From Asterias rubens (lineage: Eukaryota), in the NCBI RefSeq assembly GCF_902459465.1, contig NC_047062.1, positions 28,954,001 to 29,018,000 of the forward strand: DNA of 64,000 nucleotides. Reading direction: 5' to 3'. A program made the position numbers and the translations under genes. The notes beneath the pieces were generated by a model. The model was not told the origin of the DNA and ran no database searches. It saw nothing but the letters and a program-made list of their open reading frames with translations. Below, one piece after another: positions 12,775 through 24,206 of the stretch (positions are counted from its first letter, which is position 1; every line of letters starts with the position of its first letter).

Positions 12775-12920
12775 GGTCGATTTCACAAAGAGTGAGGACT
12801 AATCCTAACTTAGGACTAGTCCTAGGAGATATACACATTGCATGGATAGTCCTAAGTTAGGACGAGTAACTGGTCCTAACTCGAGATAAGACTAGTCCTA
12901 ACTCTTTGTGAAATCCACCC
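12775..12920. mobile_element. Palindromic MITE (TAGGACTAGTCCTA family) in the presumed CDKAL1 3' UTR
   Basis: TIR GATTTCACAAAGAG...CTCTTTGTGAAATC; other copies at 37102-37274 and 43650-43860. Confidence 0.85.
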
Positions 12921-12966
12921 CAAATGTGATACTTTATACAGAGTCTTTGTTTTGGATGTTTGTGAT

Positions 12967-13092
12967 TCAATCTCCAGTATACAGGAAGTAGTAGAGAAGA
13001 AGTCTTGCCAGATCTAGGACGGCAGCAAGCACGACAATGAACAGAGTGATCCGTAACCAAGGCCAAGACTCTGCCGGCTCCTCTTGCAGGAT
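12967..13092 (-). CDS. CDKAL1: CDKAL1 last coding exon (transmembrane tail anchor)
   Basis: Acceptor catttcag, phase 0; [41 protein letters not shown]. Human CDKAL1 also ends in a hydrophobic anchor. This exon is not in the supplied ORF track in this frame. Confidence 0.85.
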   Translation of the reverse strand: MLQEEPAESWPWLRITLFIVVLAAVLDLARLLLYYFLYTGD

Positions 13093-16000
13093 CTGAAATG
13101 TACATAATACAATTGGTCAAAAATGTATTGTGTAATCGGAAAGCTGGGGATAGCTCGTTCGCCATGGCTGCCCCTCGCCTATGGAACGACCTTCCCGCTG
13201 GTCTACGAGAGGCTATCTCGTTGCCTGTGTTCAAACGCCTCCTCAAGACATTTCTGTTCCCCAACCCATCCTAGTTCATTTGTTCTTCTTTTTGTCCTAG
13301 TCTCATGTAAAGCGCTCTGTTCTCAGTATACAGGGAGGGTTTACGTTTGGTAATCACTCTTAAAATTAACGGCAATATCAATTTTGATTAGCTTTTGATA
13401 TTATAAAGCATTTTGAGAAACTTTTAAATTTGAAGTAATGTGGTTATGTAAAAAGATATCAGTTCTTATACCTCGAAATTTGAATCTGAGAAGTGTTACT
13501 GTCAGTTACACTTCTCAGATTGTCTTTTCCAACTAGGTATTATTCTTCCTGTGTGGATATACTCACTAAGGATTTATGGCGATATCTATAAAAAAAACGA
13601 CCACCTTTTGAAATGAAATTGTTTTATTGTATACATCCACATTTATGATTAAATGCACTGGCCATCCTTTTTGGTAATTGTCAAAGACCAGTCTTCTCGC
13701 TTGGTGTATCCCAACATATGCATTAAATAACAAATCTGTGAAAATAATTTGGACTTAATTGGTCATTGAAGTTGCAAGAAAATAATGAAAGAAAAAACAA
13801 GCTTGTTTACACAAGTTTGTTTGCTCTTGTGAAGCATAAAAAAAGGCTTCAGGCCATAGGACTTTAAATGTTTGAGGGAGAAATTCAGAGGGGGCCATTT
13901 CTCACAATCTTTTATACTATCAGCAGCCCTTCATTCCTCGTTACCAAGTGATTTTTTTTATGCTAACAATTATTTTCAGTAATCACAATAGCGTCCAGTG
14001 CCTTTAAAGACACTGGACGCTATTGGTAGTTGTCAAAGACCTGTCTTCACGCTTGGTGTATCTCAACATATGCATAAAATAACAAACCTACGAAAATTTG
14101 AGCTCAATTGGTCATCGAAGTTGTGAGATAATAATGAAAGAAAAAACACCCTGGTCACACGAAGTTGTGTGTTTTGAGATGCTTGATTTTATAACCTCAA
14201 ATCTAAATCTGTGGTCAGGAAATCAACTTCGTGGAAAACTACTTCTTTCTCGAAAACTACGTCACTTCAGAGGGAGCGGTTTCTCACAATGTTTTATACT
14301 ATCAATAGCTCCCCAATACCCAAGTAAGGTATTATGCTAATTTTTATTTTGAGTAATTACCAATAGTGTCCACAATCGAATGGATAAAAAACCCAGAAGA
14401 TATACTTTGCCTTAAGTTAAAGGTCTTCATTACCTGTGGTAAGCCTGATACTTGGCCAAGTTCTAGGGGTTTGGCTATCGATGGTGTAACGACGTCCGCT
14501 TCACTCACTAAGACGCCTTTCAAGAAGTGTTTACCCGTCTCTACAATGGTCACTTCCATCATCTTACCCATGTATTCCTCCTTCATTGGTACAAGCACCT
14601 GGGAACAAAGAGATAAGTGTCAATAGTATGATATATATAAAAAAATTGAGAAAAACAAAAGGATTACGACAAGCAACTTTTAAGATGTTGAAATGCGTGT
14701 CATAGCTGAGCAGTTTAGTGCATCATGCCCAAGTTCTGGCATTTTAAATGATTTGGCCTGTCAACCCAAAGCAACTGCCACCAGGGGCACCTACTCCTGG
14801 GGCTGACACAGGGTTTCACACTTCACAGTCCATAAGGATGTAGGCATGGATATCATCCACTAGGAGCCTGGCTAATATAGCAAAATGCACTACCTGCTAA
14901 ACTTTTTACGAAGCAATTAAAGTTCAGTGCCTTTCTGAAGAGCACAAGTGCCATGACCGGGATTCGAAACTACATCCTGCTGCTGACAACACCAGAGCTT
15001 GGGTCCGGTGAACTAGACCAGACGACCACGACACGCACACCACAATGCACCCACCTGATCATAGCACTTGTTATGTGCAACGTAATACTGCTTGTCATGT
15101 GACACCTCTGTAGCTAGGACCTGCTGGGTCTGTCCAATTTTGTGGTCGTACGTTCGGTAACTGTGGAACAATATCGACAGCTTTTTTGTCCTTGCCTTTT
15201 TCTGAAAAATCAACAAACAAACTTTCAAACAAATAACACATCAAATGTTGACACTTTATTACAGCTTATCAGATTCCAATTTACAGGCATAAAAACTGAT
15301 ACCATTTTACATAATCACGTATCTTCAAAGTGAAAAGTTTCTCAAAAGGCCTATAGAAAGCTGCTTTACCTTTAACCACTAGTTTTAAGAGTGATTGCCA
15401 AACATTCACCTTTACTTTAAAGGCAGTGGACACTATTGGTAATTACTCAAAATAATTATTAGCATAAAACCTTACTTGGTAACGAGTAATGGGGAGAGGT
15501 TGATAGTATAAAACATTGTGAGAAACGACTCCCTCTGTAGTAACGTAGTTTTAGAGAAAGAGATAGTTTTCCACAAATTTGAAACCAAGCATCTGAAAGC
15601 ACGCAACTTCGTGTGACAAGGGTGTTTTTTCTTTCATTGTTATCTCGCAATTTTGACGACCAATGGAGCTCAAATTTTCACAGGTTAGTTATTTTATGCA
15701 TATGTTGAGATACACCAAGTGAGAAGACTGGTCTTTAACAATTACCAAAGGTGTCCATTGTTTTTAATACCAGAAAACGGTTACCAGCAAATATACTTAT
15801 GGCATGTGCACTGTCTGTAACTGCTACCTTAACATTTATGTTTGAGCAGCTCTTTGAAAATTTGGCTGTGTTCATCAGAAAGAATAACTAATAGGAATCG
15901 TCCCTTGATTTGACTGACCATTTGTGCAGGTACTTGTGGCATCTTAGCAGCGGGGGTACCTGGCCGAGGGAAGAACTGGTTCATAAACAGCGAGGGGAAT

Positions 16001-19000
16001 TTATAATCCTCCACTAGTCTCATCGTTTCTTCAAAATCCTGAAAGGGAGGGGGTAGGAAATAAGGGAATGGGTTACAAATGCATTTATAGTTTGAGCTAA
16101 GTCGGTCACCGTTTTTTATTTAGAATCCTCCACTAGTGTCGTGTCATTGTTTCTTCAAAGTCCAGGTAAGGGGGGGGGGGAGGTAAACAAGGGAAATGGC
16201 TACATATGGATTTATAGATTGAGAAAAATAGATCACTGAATTGCATTTATACCGTCTGCTCTTCAAAGAGTTAAACCCCTGCACAACTGGGCCCAATTGC
16301 ATGTCTTTGCTTACAGCAAGCAAAGAATCAGCGCTTACAGAAGCAGGGAACTCCGGGTATATGTCAAGCATATTTCAAAGGTTAGAAGGAAATTTTTGCT
16401 TGTGCATGTGCTTAGCATCACTAGGCATCCTTCCCTTACACAGCTAGCGCAGAAATTCAGCGCTTGCACAGTTAGCAGAAAATTGTGATCATAAGCAAAG
16501 AATTTGGCAGTAAGCAGCGCCATGAAATTGGGCCCAGCTCTACTGTAGTTGACAGTAAAAGATAAATGATGTGTTTATAACTAAATATTTTTTGACTCAA
16601 ATAAAATATGTTCATGTTTTGGTATAGTCCATCCTAATATCAACACAAACTAACAGGACAGATTTCAGTTGTCTGAAACAGTGCTAAAATATGCCTGTAA
16701 ATGATTATGCACTGTACCAAGCAAATTTACAATGAAATAACGCAAAAATTGAAAAGAAAATACATACCTCATCAGTTTCAGTTGGAAATCCACAAATGAT
16801 GTCTGTTGCTATGGTAATGCCTGGTACCCTGTCAACAAGATCAAGAGCCACAGTTAGAGTGAATACAATCAGAGTTGGTAAGTTAGTCTTAATCTGTTGG
16901 AGTTCATATTAAAGGCAGTGGACCCTATTGGTAAGTACTCAAAATAATTAATAGCATAAAACCTTACTTGATTACGAGTAATGGGCAGAGGTTGATAGTA
17001 TAAAACATTGTGAGAAACGGCTCCCTCTGAAGTAATGTAGTTTTCGAAAAAGAAGTAATTTTCCACGAATTTGATTTCGAGACCTCAGATTTAGAATTTG
17101 AGGTCTCGAAATCAAGCATCTGAAAGCACACCACTTAGTGTGACAAGGGTGTTTTTTTCTTTCATTAGTATCTCACAACTTCGACGACTGATTGAGCTCA
17201 AATTTTCAATAGTGTCCACTGTCTTTAAGTTATCTTATAGCCATTTCATGATGCGCAGCTGTCCACCATTTTGGAATGCAAAGAAGAAACCAAGGAACCA
17301 TTCACAAACTGTGCACACAACATGGTAACCCTTCTCCACAAAGCAAGTGTTTGGCATTTTAAAAGGGAATTTGTGCTGAAGCAGGTCTATGGAATTGGAC
17401 CTTGGCTATGACTTCAGGACCCCAATTTCACTGAGCTGCTTAAGAACAAAAAAATAGCTAAGCACATCAAAATTATGCTTACCAGAATAACGTTACCAGC
17501 CAATCTATCATGTCACACGTACAATTTGTGACTGGTATCCTGCTCATTTTTTGCTTAGCAGACAATAGTTAAGCAATGTTTTCTGCTTAAGCAGCTCTAT
17601 GAAATTGGGACCAGATAAGTTTTTGGAGATCCTACCTTTCCCTCAGGAAGTCCACAACTCTTCTGAAGTCTGCAACACTGTATTCTCTGCGCATGTCCAG
17701 TAGCACATTGTCAGATCCTGACTGTACGGGTACGTGCAGGAAAGAATACACTCGCGGGTGATTTAAGATCTTCGACATCTCCTGAAGGATGTAAACCATA
17801 AAATCAAAAGAATGATTTATGTATAACTGGTGAAGATACTTAATGTGTTTTCAGTTAATATTTTAAGTTTGAGGGTTTAGGGTTGAATGTGTGCGGTTTC
17901 AAGGTTTTTTATTGGCTAGGGTTTGAGGGTATGATGGTGTGAAGGTCTGAGGGTTTGAGTGTTGTTGGTTTGAGGGTCTAGGGTCCGAGGGTCTGAGGAT
18001 CTAGGGTTTGAGGGTCTGAAGGTTAGATGGTCTGAAGATATAAGGGTCTAGGGTTTGATGGTCTAGGGTTTAAGGGTCTAGGGTCTGAGAATCTAGGGTT
18101 TAAGGGTGTAAAGGTTTGAGGGTCTATAAGGTTGGAGTGTTGGGGTTCTAGGGTTTGAGCATCTGAAAGTTTGAGGAACTGAAGGCTTGAGGGTTTAGCA
18201 TTTGAGGGTCTGAAGGTCTGAGGGTCTGAGGGTTTGAGGGTGTGAGGGTTGAAGTGCTTAGGGTTTGATTGTCTAGGTTTTGAGGGTCTAGGATTTTATA
18301 GTCTAGGGGTCTAGGGTCTGAAGGTTTGAGGGTCTGAAGGTTTGAGGGTCTGAAGGTTAGATGGTATAAAGATATGAGGGTCTAGGGTTTGATGGTCTAG
18401 GGTTTAAGGGTCTAGGGTCTGAGAATCTAGAGTTTAAGGGTGTAAAGGTTTGAGGGTCGATAAGGTTCGAGTGTTGGGGTTCTAGGGTTTGAGCATCTGA
18501 AAGTTTGAGGGTCTGAAGGCTTGAGGTTTTAGCGTTTGAGGGTCTGAAGGTGTGAGGGTCTGAGGGTTTGAGGGTGCGAGGTTGAAGTGCTTAGGGTTTG
18601 AGTGTCTAGGTTTTGAGGGTCTAGGATTTTATAGTCTAGGGGTCTAGGGTCTGAAGGTTTGAGGGTCTGAAGGTTTGAGGGTCTGAAGGTTTGAGGGTCT
18701 GAAGGTTAGATGGTCTGAAGATATGAGGGTCTAGGGTTTGATGGTCTAGGGTTTAAGGGTCTAGGGTCTGAGAATCTAGGGTTTAAGGGTTGATAAGGTT
18801 CGAGTGTTGGGGTTCTAGGGTTTGAGCATCTGAAAGTTTGAGGGTCTGAAGGCTTGAGGGTTTAGCGTTTGAGGGTCTGAAGGTGTGAGGGTCTGAGGGT
18901 TCTAGGGTTTGAGGTTGAAGTGCTTAGGGTTTGATTTTCTAGGGTTTGAGGGTCTAGGATTTGATGGTCTAGGGTTTGGGGGTTTAGGGTCTGAAGGTTT

Positions 19001-22000
19001 GTGGGTCTGACGGTTTGAGGGTGTGAGGGTTTAAGGGTCTGAAGATTTAAGGATCTGAAAGTTTGAGGGTCTGAAGGTGTGAGGATCTGATGGACTGATG
19101 GCCTCACCTCAAGATGCTCCAGAATGTATGGAGGGTTGGTCATTCCAATACGCATCCTGCACCCCTCTGGAATAACTTCAACCAGTTGCCATAATAGCTC
19201 TGTGATAGATACACCTATATCTTTACCATAGGCTCCTGTATCCTCGCTCGTCAGCCAAATCTCACACACTCCCTCTGTAAAAAAAACATGAATCAAAATG
19301 ATGATAGTCCATGTGTTAAAAACAACATAGTTGGCTATAATATAGCATATACATATTATGTATATATAATAATACATGATACTTTTGTAGTGCACATATC
19401 TTAATGGTTAGATCACATTATTATCCCTGCTCATTAGGCCTACTGACTGTTCCTTAAACTTTCTCAACTCCCTGGAAGAATACAACCCCAAGCTGCTTAT
19501 TAGTGCTATAGGATCAATCCAACACAATACTTTCTCAGCTCTCTCAGAATCCAATATAAACACCGGGTTAAGAGCAGCATTTTCAGTCCCGGTCATGGCA
19601 CTTGTGTCCTTGAGCAAGATGCTGAACTATAATTGCTGATCTCCACATAAGGGTATAAATGGGTACCTGCGAGGGTAGAGGTTGATATCGTGTATGAAAA
19701 AGCCTTTGGAGCGCTACGGTTGCCCAGGTTGTATACTCCCCAGGGAGCTGAGAAAGACTAAAGGGATGTTATCGGCGCGATGACCAGGGATACAGTTATT
19801 GTAAAATGCGCTATATAAGAACTAGTTATTATTGTAATTATTCAGTGTCCTGACCGGGAATCAAACCCAAACTACAATTATTCAGCCATAAGAACTCGAG
19901 TACGATGCACTAGACTACACAGCCATGAAACTTCAAATCCATGTTACATTTGTGGATAGCGAAAGGCGGTTTCAAATATAGTGATACACATTGTTGTTCG
20001 CCTCCTAACCACTATCAAAAACAAAACAGAAAGACAAGCAAAACTTTACCTTGGAAAGACTGTTTTGCGCGCTCAACCAGTTCATCAGGATGATAGCTGC
20101 CAAGTTCCCCTCGAGCATGTTTTGTCTTACAGTATGTGCATTGATTTAAACACCTGAGACACAACAAATGGTGAAAATAACATGATTTGAAACAACACTT
20201 TGCATAAGTTTTCAAGACATCAGCATATAACAGTTTCAGGTTTTTTAAAGAGATTTGTTCAAACAACATGATTGGGATTGTGATTGTGAGTCAGGCCTGC
20301 CTTGATATTATCAAGGCAGGCAATCTACTTATAATAAATTCGCCCGCAAGTTTTTTCACTAGCCTTCCTTTGATAAATAATGCCAAAAATTTGGAAGCCA
20401 TCTTATCCCTAATTTCTGTCCTTATTAATACTTTTTTCATGAACAACCATTTTCATGGATTCGTAATATGAGGATCAGCTGTATACAACTTCTTTTTAAA
20501 TGATCTTTGTGGTTTAACATCGGTCCACGACGTACATTTGGGAAAAAGTGAGCGACCTTACCCAGTATTTATAGCAAGAATCTCAATCAGTGGATTTTTT
20601 CTAATCTTAGGAAGATCCAACGCTGCTCCTCCAATCTTCTTTCCATCTTTCTTCTTTTGTTTCAAAAGTCTCACAGTGTGCCCTTAATTACAAGAATTAA
20701 TCAAAGGTTAATCATAAATGTTTGTGCTACGCACACATGGTCACAGAGTTTTGTTTTAATAAAAAGTCAGGACACAGTGTAGTCAAACTTGTGGTTGCTT
20801 TCTTTTGACAAACCTTTGTTATCAAACATAAATGTCTTTGTGCAAATCCACACTGAGGAGAAATTTTAACATACATTAAAAGAACATCCGAATCAAATTA
20901 AAATGAAAAACAAAAGTGGCACATTGCCTTCAAATCTCGCAACACTTTGAAGTTTGGAATTGCTGGTTATCCTTTGCAAGAGTTGTTCATGCACAAAAAC
21001 ACCTATCACTGTTTTGTAATTTGTGAGTAATGAATAACAAAACAATTATATTGCCTCTGAAATACAACCAGCGGAACATACGGTCCGCCATTTTGTGGAG
21101 TGAAAACTTTTGACTATAGAAAATAGCAGTCTGTGTGCCGTTATGAAATTTCATTAAAAACACACAATTTTGAAAGTTATTTTTGTGAATTTTTCCACCT
21201 AAAATAATTTTAAAACAAAGTGCCCAAATCCAAAGGCAATGTGCTACTTTTAAATTATTATGAGGACATGTTTTCTTCTTCCAAAACCACAATTTAAAAA
21301 GTATTTTATTTCATTTATTCTGGTTGTGATGCCATGGACTCTCAGAAATTAATCACTGCACAAGCCAAGAATCAATGGGGAGAAGACAAGAAAGGAAGTT
21401 TCAGTTTTAGATGTGGGAGGAAAACCACAGCGAATTAATCAAGGAAAACCCACGCAGTCAGGTGATGCAAACCCCAGTATGATTCAAACCGGAGCCTTAG
21501 AGGTGGAAGGCGAGAAAAGAAAACACTACCAACCCAACCAGCCATGATAAAGTTGCTTCACTCCTGGAGTGCGTTTTTGGCGACCCCAACCAAGCCCAAC
21601 CGACTCAACAAGTCGGTTACCGTTTAGTTTTGAACAGCATCGTCATCGCGCCTTAACACGCGAAAACGCTCAACCAATGACCAATGTTTCTGGTTGGGGT
21701 CGCCAAAACGTACTCCAAAAGAACCAGTGCTCAGGTACCTTTTAAGGTTTCTTCAACGACCTCCACCACCCTGTCAATCTGCTGCACCCCAACGATGCTC
21801 ACTCCATGGATGTAGCCCAGTTTGGGTTGACCCTGGGGGACACACCCAGCGACCACCAGCTGTTTGCCTTGCTGCTGGGCGTGTTTCACATCATTGCGGA
21901 AATGATCCTCAGCAGGGTTTTTGACGGTGCAGCTGTTGAGGAGCCATAAGTCAGCTTCCTGGGAGTTACCTTCGTCGAACAAAATGTGAAGAAAAAGAAC

Positions 22001-23856
22001 ATTTTATTTTCATTAGATCATGACAACCACCCCCCCCCCCAAACAAAAAGGAGAAAATAATTTTGTCTTACAGCTTATTTATAATAATAATAGTGGCGTC
22101 TTATATAGCGCGCATATCCATCACTCAGTGACGCACCTAGCGGTAACATACAGTATTTCATGCAAGGAACATGTGGGACTATGTTTGAATTATGAGATCA
22201 AATTCTTAGCACCATGTAATGGTTTACAAGGTGCTGTGGCGCAATATGCTGCCAATCCAACCAGGAACACCTGAGCAAACCCCTGCTCTTTTCGAAAAGT
22301 GCACTGGGTTCTTTTACGTGCATTAATACAACACACAGGACCACTCGCTTTACGTCCCATCTGAAGGACGAAGAATTATGGGTAAAAGTTTCTTGCTTAA
22401 GGACACAAGTGTCACGACTTGGACTCGAACCCACACTCTGCTGCTTAGAAACACCAGAGTTTGAATCCAGTGCTCTTAACTGCTCTGCCATGAAACGTCG
22501 TGGGAAAAATGTATTACCCTAGTACCTGTTATTTGATAACCATATGCTGCCAGTTGGCCGGCCATGTACTCCCCATCTGAATTGTTATGGGAACATCCCC
22601 AAGTCTTCACATAGATCTTCTGAGTACCGGGGATGATACTGAAGAAGAAAGAGAAGGGAAAACAATGTCATTATGTGATACACACCTTCCATGGTTTATA
22701 TGGTTTAGTCATTCCGATCACTGTATAGTGAATGCACTCACAGTCACAGGACAGGATTAAAGGCCAAGTCACACTGCAGCGATAAAAAAAAAACGCCAAC
22801 GATAACGACGCAAAGAAAACACATTCTATTGGTTGAAATGCTCCACGCAGAATACGCCATGCTCATTCAGCCAATCGAGGGTATGAATTTTTGTCGTTCT
22901 CATTTTTGTTCTCATTATCGGGGCCTGTGTGACCAGGCTTTAGGTATTACTATTACCTTATCATCAGAGTCTTTCCTCTCATCATAGACTTGTTACTACT
23001 TTAGGCTCATAGTTATAGTAGTATTCAAACACAATAGACATCCAAAATGGTCGTTGATAGATCAACATTTTTGGGGTCTTTAGCCAGCATGAATAACTTC
23101 AGTTTCCTTTTAATTAAACACACCTAAAAACTTTCCAAACACACTGTACATTATTATATTAACAACACTATTGGGAGGCAAAAACGGCCCAATTTTGACC
23201 TTTGTTTACAAACTGTTATTTTTCTCTCTTTTTTTCTGGATGTATATATGCGGTAACCCTTCTTCTCAGGTAAGAATTTTGTTTTGATCAATAAAAATTA
23301 GCCGAACTAATAATATTTATAAATATAATAACCCCAACCGAACCAACCAATTATCGGATAACTTTCCTTATGGCGCCACCACTTTTTCACTCATTTTTAC
23401 AAACAGGGATATCTCATTGAGGTTAAATAGGTACTTTATTATTCCATATCGAATGAAAAAGTGGTGGCGCCATTGGGAAACTTTTCCCAATTATCCAATC
23501 TTGAACAAGCCAAGGCCAAACTTTATAATTGCAAGTTTAAATCTCCCCTAACTAAACAAATACAAATAAAAGATGATAAAAATATATTTAAAAATAACAA
23601 AAAGAAAAACTTACCTTTTATGATCAAACTCATCTTCATCTTCCTGCCCATTTGTTGATGTTTTGATGTCAGCCGCCGACGACTGATTGCTGTTGGTGTT
23701 GCTGCCGGTTTCATCGTCGACATCTTTCCTCTTCTTTTTTCTGAGACGGACTTTCGGCACAACTTGTTGTTTGTTACTAAATCTTTCAGACGGTGTGACT
23801 TCGTTGGAACCAATAATGTCCTCTATGTCGTCCATAATCTCTTTACAGGCTGGCAT
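12967..23856 (-). CDS. CDKAL1: Threonylcarbamoyladenosine tRNA methylthiotransferase CDKAL1, complete, 12 coding exons, 580 aa
   Basis: Exons 23856-23615, 22638-22526, 21969-21739, 20682-20562, 20153-20050, 19274-19108, 17781-17636, 16828-16768, 16038-15919, 15201-15055, 14598-14434, 13092-12967. All GT-AG, phases join in frame (1743 nt). Contains [15 protein letters not shown] and AGCVPQ (UPF0004), the radical-SAM CxxxCxxC (CLNQCTYC), a TRAM-like region and a C-terminal hydrophobic tail anchor. Confidence 0.97.
13135..13350 (+). mobile_element. 5'-truncated L2/CR1-type LINE 3' end
   Basis: Frame [39 protein letters not shown] matches the CR1/L2 ORF2 C-terminal motif AAPxLWNxLP...FKxxLKTxLF. 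Confidence 0.85.
13649..14372 (+). mobile_element. Two tandem family A MITEs sharing one TTAA
   Basis: First copy ends GTCCAGTGCCT|TTAA (14004-14007); the second begins immediately with AGACACTGGACGCTATTGG. Confidence 0.85.
14434..14598 (-). CDS. CDKAL1: CDKAL1 coding exon 11
   Basis: [28 protein letters not shown]...[17 protein letters not shown]. Confidence 0.95.
14770..15022 (-). mobile_element. tRNA-derived SINE
   Basis: Head with B-box-like TTTCGAATCCCGGTCATGGCACTTGTG; homolog at 41585-41850. Confidence 0.7.
15055..15201 (-). CDS. CDKAL1: CDKAL1 coding exon 10
   Basis: [49 protein letters not shown]. Confidence 0.95.
15417..15767 (-). mobile_element. Kolobok/T2-type MITE, family A
   Basis: TTAA flanks and family TIR. 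Confidence 0.9.
15919..16038 (-). CDS. CDKAL1: CDKAL1 coding exon 9
   Basis: [40 protein letters not shown]. Confidence 0.95.
16287..16537. mobile_element. Harbinger-type MITE family E (GGCCCAATTTCAT TIR)
   Basis: TIR GGCCCAATTTCAT...ATGAAATTGGGCC. Copies at about 17415-17613, 24207-24486, 36731-36857, 42629-42825, 49770-50002 and 62236-62434, several with CAG/CAG or CTG/CTG flanks (CWG TSD). Confidence 0.8.
16768..16828 (-). CDS. CDKAL1: CDKAL1 coding exon 8
   Basis: [20 protein letters not shown]. Confidence 0.95.
16909..17228 (-). mobile_element. Kolobok/T2-type MITE, family A (internal deletion)
   Basis: TTAA flanks, both TIRs present, one subterminal block missing. Confidence 0.85.
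17636..17781 (-). CDS. CDKAL1: CDKAL1 coding exon 7
   Basis: [48 protein letters not shown]. Confidence 0.95.
17867..19092. repeat. G-rich about 8-bp satellite with higher-order structure in CDKAL1 intron 6
   Basis: Units GAGGGTCT / GAAGGTTT / TAGGGTTT; marker GAAGGTTAGATGG at 18018, 18352 and 18701. Confidence 0.95.
19108..19274 (-). CDS. CDKAL1: CDKAL1 coding exon 6
   Basis: [20 protein letters not shown]...[13 protein letters not shown]. Confidence 0.95.
19575..19835 (+). mobile_element. SINE (GTGTCCTTGAGCAAG core, TAT-rich tail)
   Basis: Homologous to 30184-30485 and the 3' fragment at 28850-28990. Confidence 0.75.
20050..20153 (-). CDS. CDKAL1: CDKAL1 coding exon 5
   Basis: [34 protein letters not shown] (radical SAM motif). 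Confidence 0.95.
20562..20682 (-). CDS. CDKAL1: CDKAL1 coding exon 4
   Basis: [39 protein letters not shown]. Confidence 0.95.
21565..21717. mobile_element. MITE next to the CDKAL1 exon 3 donor
   Basis: IR TGGAGTGCGTTTTTGGCGACCCCAACCA / TGGTTGGGGTCGCCAAAACGTACTCCA. Confidence 0.8.
21739..21969 (-). CDS. CDKAL1: CDKAL1 coding exon 3
   Basis: [25 protein letters not shown]...[16 protein letters not shown]. Confidence 0.95.
22080..22497 (-). mobile_element. Full-length tRNA-derived SINE
   Basis: A-box TGGCAGAGCAG, B-box GGTTCGAGTCC, core, and a (TAT)n tail also seen at 3750-3820. Confidence 0.85.
22526..22638 (-). CDS. CDKAL1: CDKAL1 coding exon 2
   Basis: [37 protein letters not shown]; acceptor ttcttcag. 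Confidence 0.95.
22757..22942 (+). mobile_element. MITE family G
   Basis: TAAAGGCCAAGTCACACTGCAGCGATAA start; homolog at 30727-30873. Confidence 0.7.
23354..23487. mobile_element. Small MITE
   Basis: IR ATGGCGCCACCACTTTTTCA / TGAAAAAGTGGTGGCGCCAT. Confidence 0.75.
23615..23856 (-). CDS. CDKAL1: CDKAL1 coding exon 1
   Basis: [15 protein letters not shown]...VVPKVR...FDHK; donor AG|GTAAGT, phase 2. Confidence 0.9.
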
Positions 23857-24206
23857 GTGGATAAATAGATGGACACTTGTAAAAAAGAAACACCCAACAC
23901 GTGTGTATTACTTTTTAACACACGAAAACCGGATTGACGAAGCAAAACATCACCCAGATTTAAAGCACGCAACGGAATGGTGTGACAGGAAACAAGACAA
24001 CTTGCCACAGAACCAGACTATTGTTCTCATTATGACCTATGGTCGGCCAAAAGGTGCAAAATCTACGACAACCAATCGCGTCAATAATGAATGAACAACA
24101 ACCCTTGTTGCATAAAATTGTGCGCTTAACTCAGATGTCTGAAGCCTTTCTCAGATTCTTATTTTGGTTTTCATTTTACTTTTAGTTAGATAGCTGTTAA
24201 AATGCC

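Noticed and set aside
12857-13264. 135-aa minus-strand ORF
   Set aside because: Composite of antisense LINE fragment and the wrong frame of the last CDKAL1 exon.
18862-19107. Long ORF extension (QTLKP/DPQTL repeats) in the 177-aa ORF
   Set aside because: Translation of the stop-poor satellite beyond the exon 6 donor.
22957-23106. Possible extra CDKAL1 exon between exons 1 and 2
   Set aside because: Splice-like ends exist but every frame contains stops, and exons 1 and 2 already join in frame.
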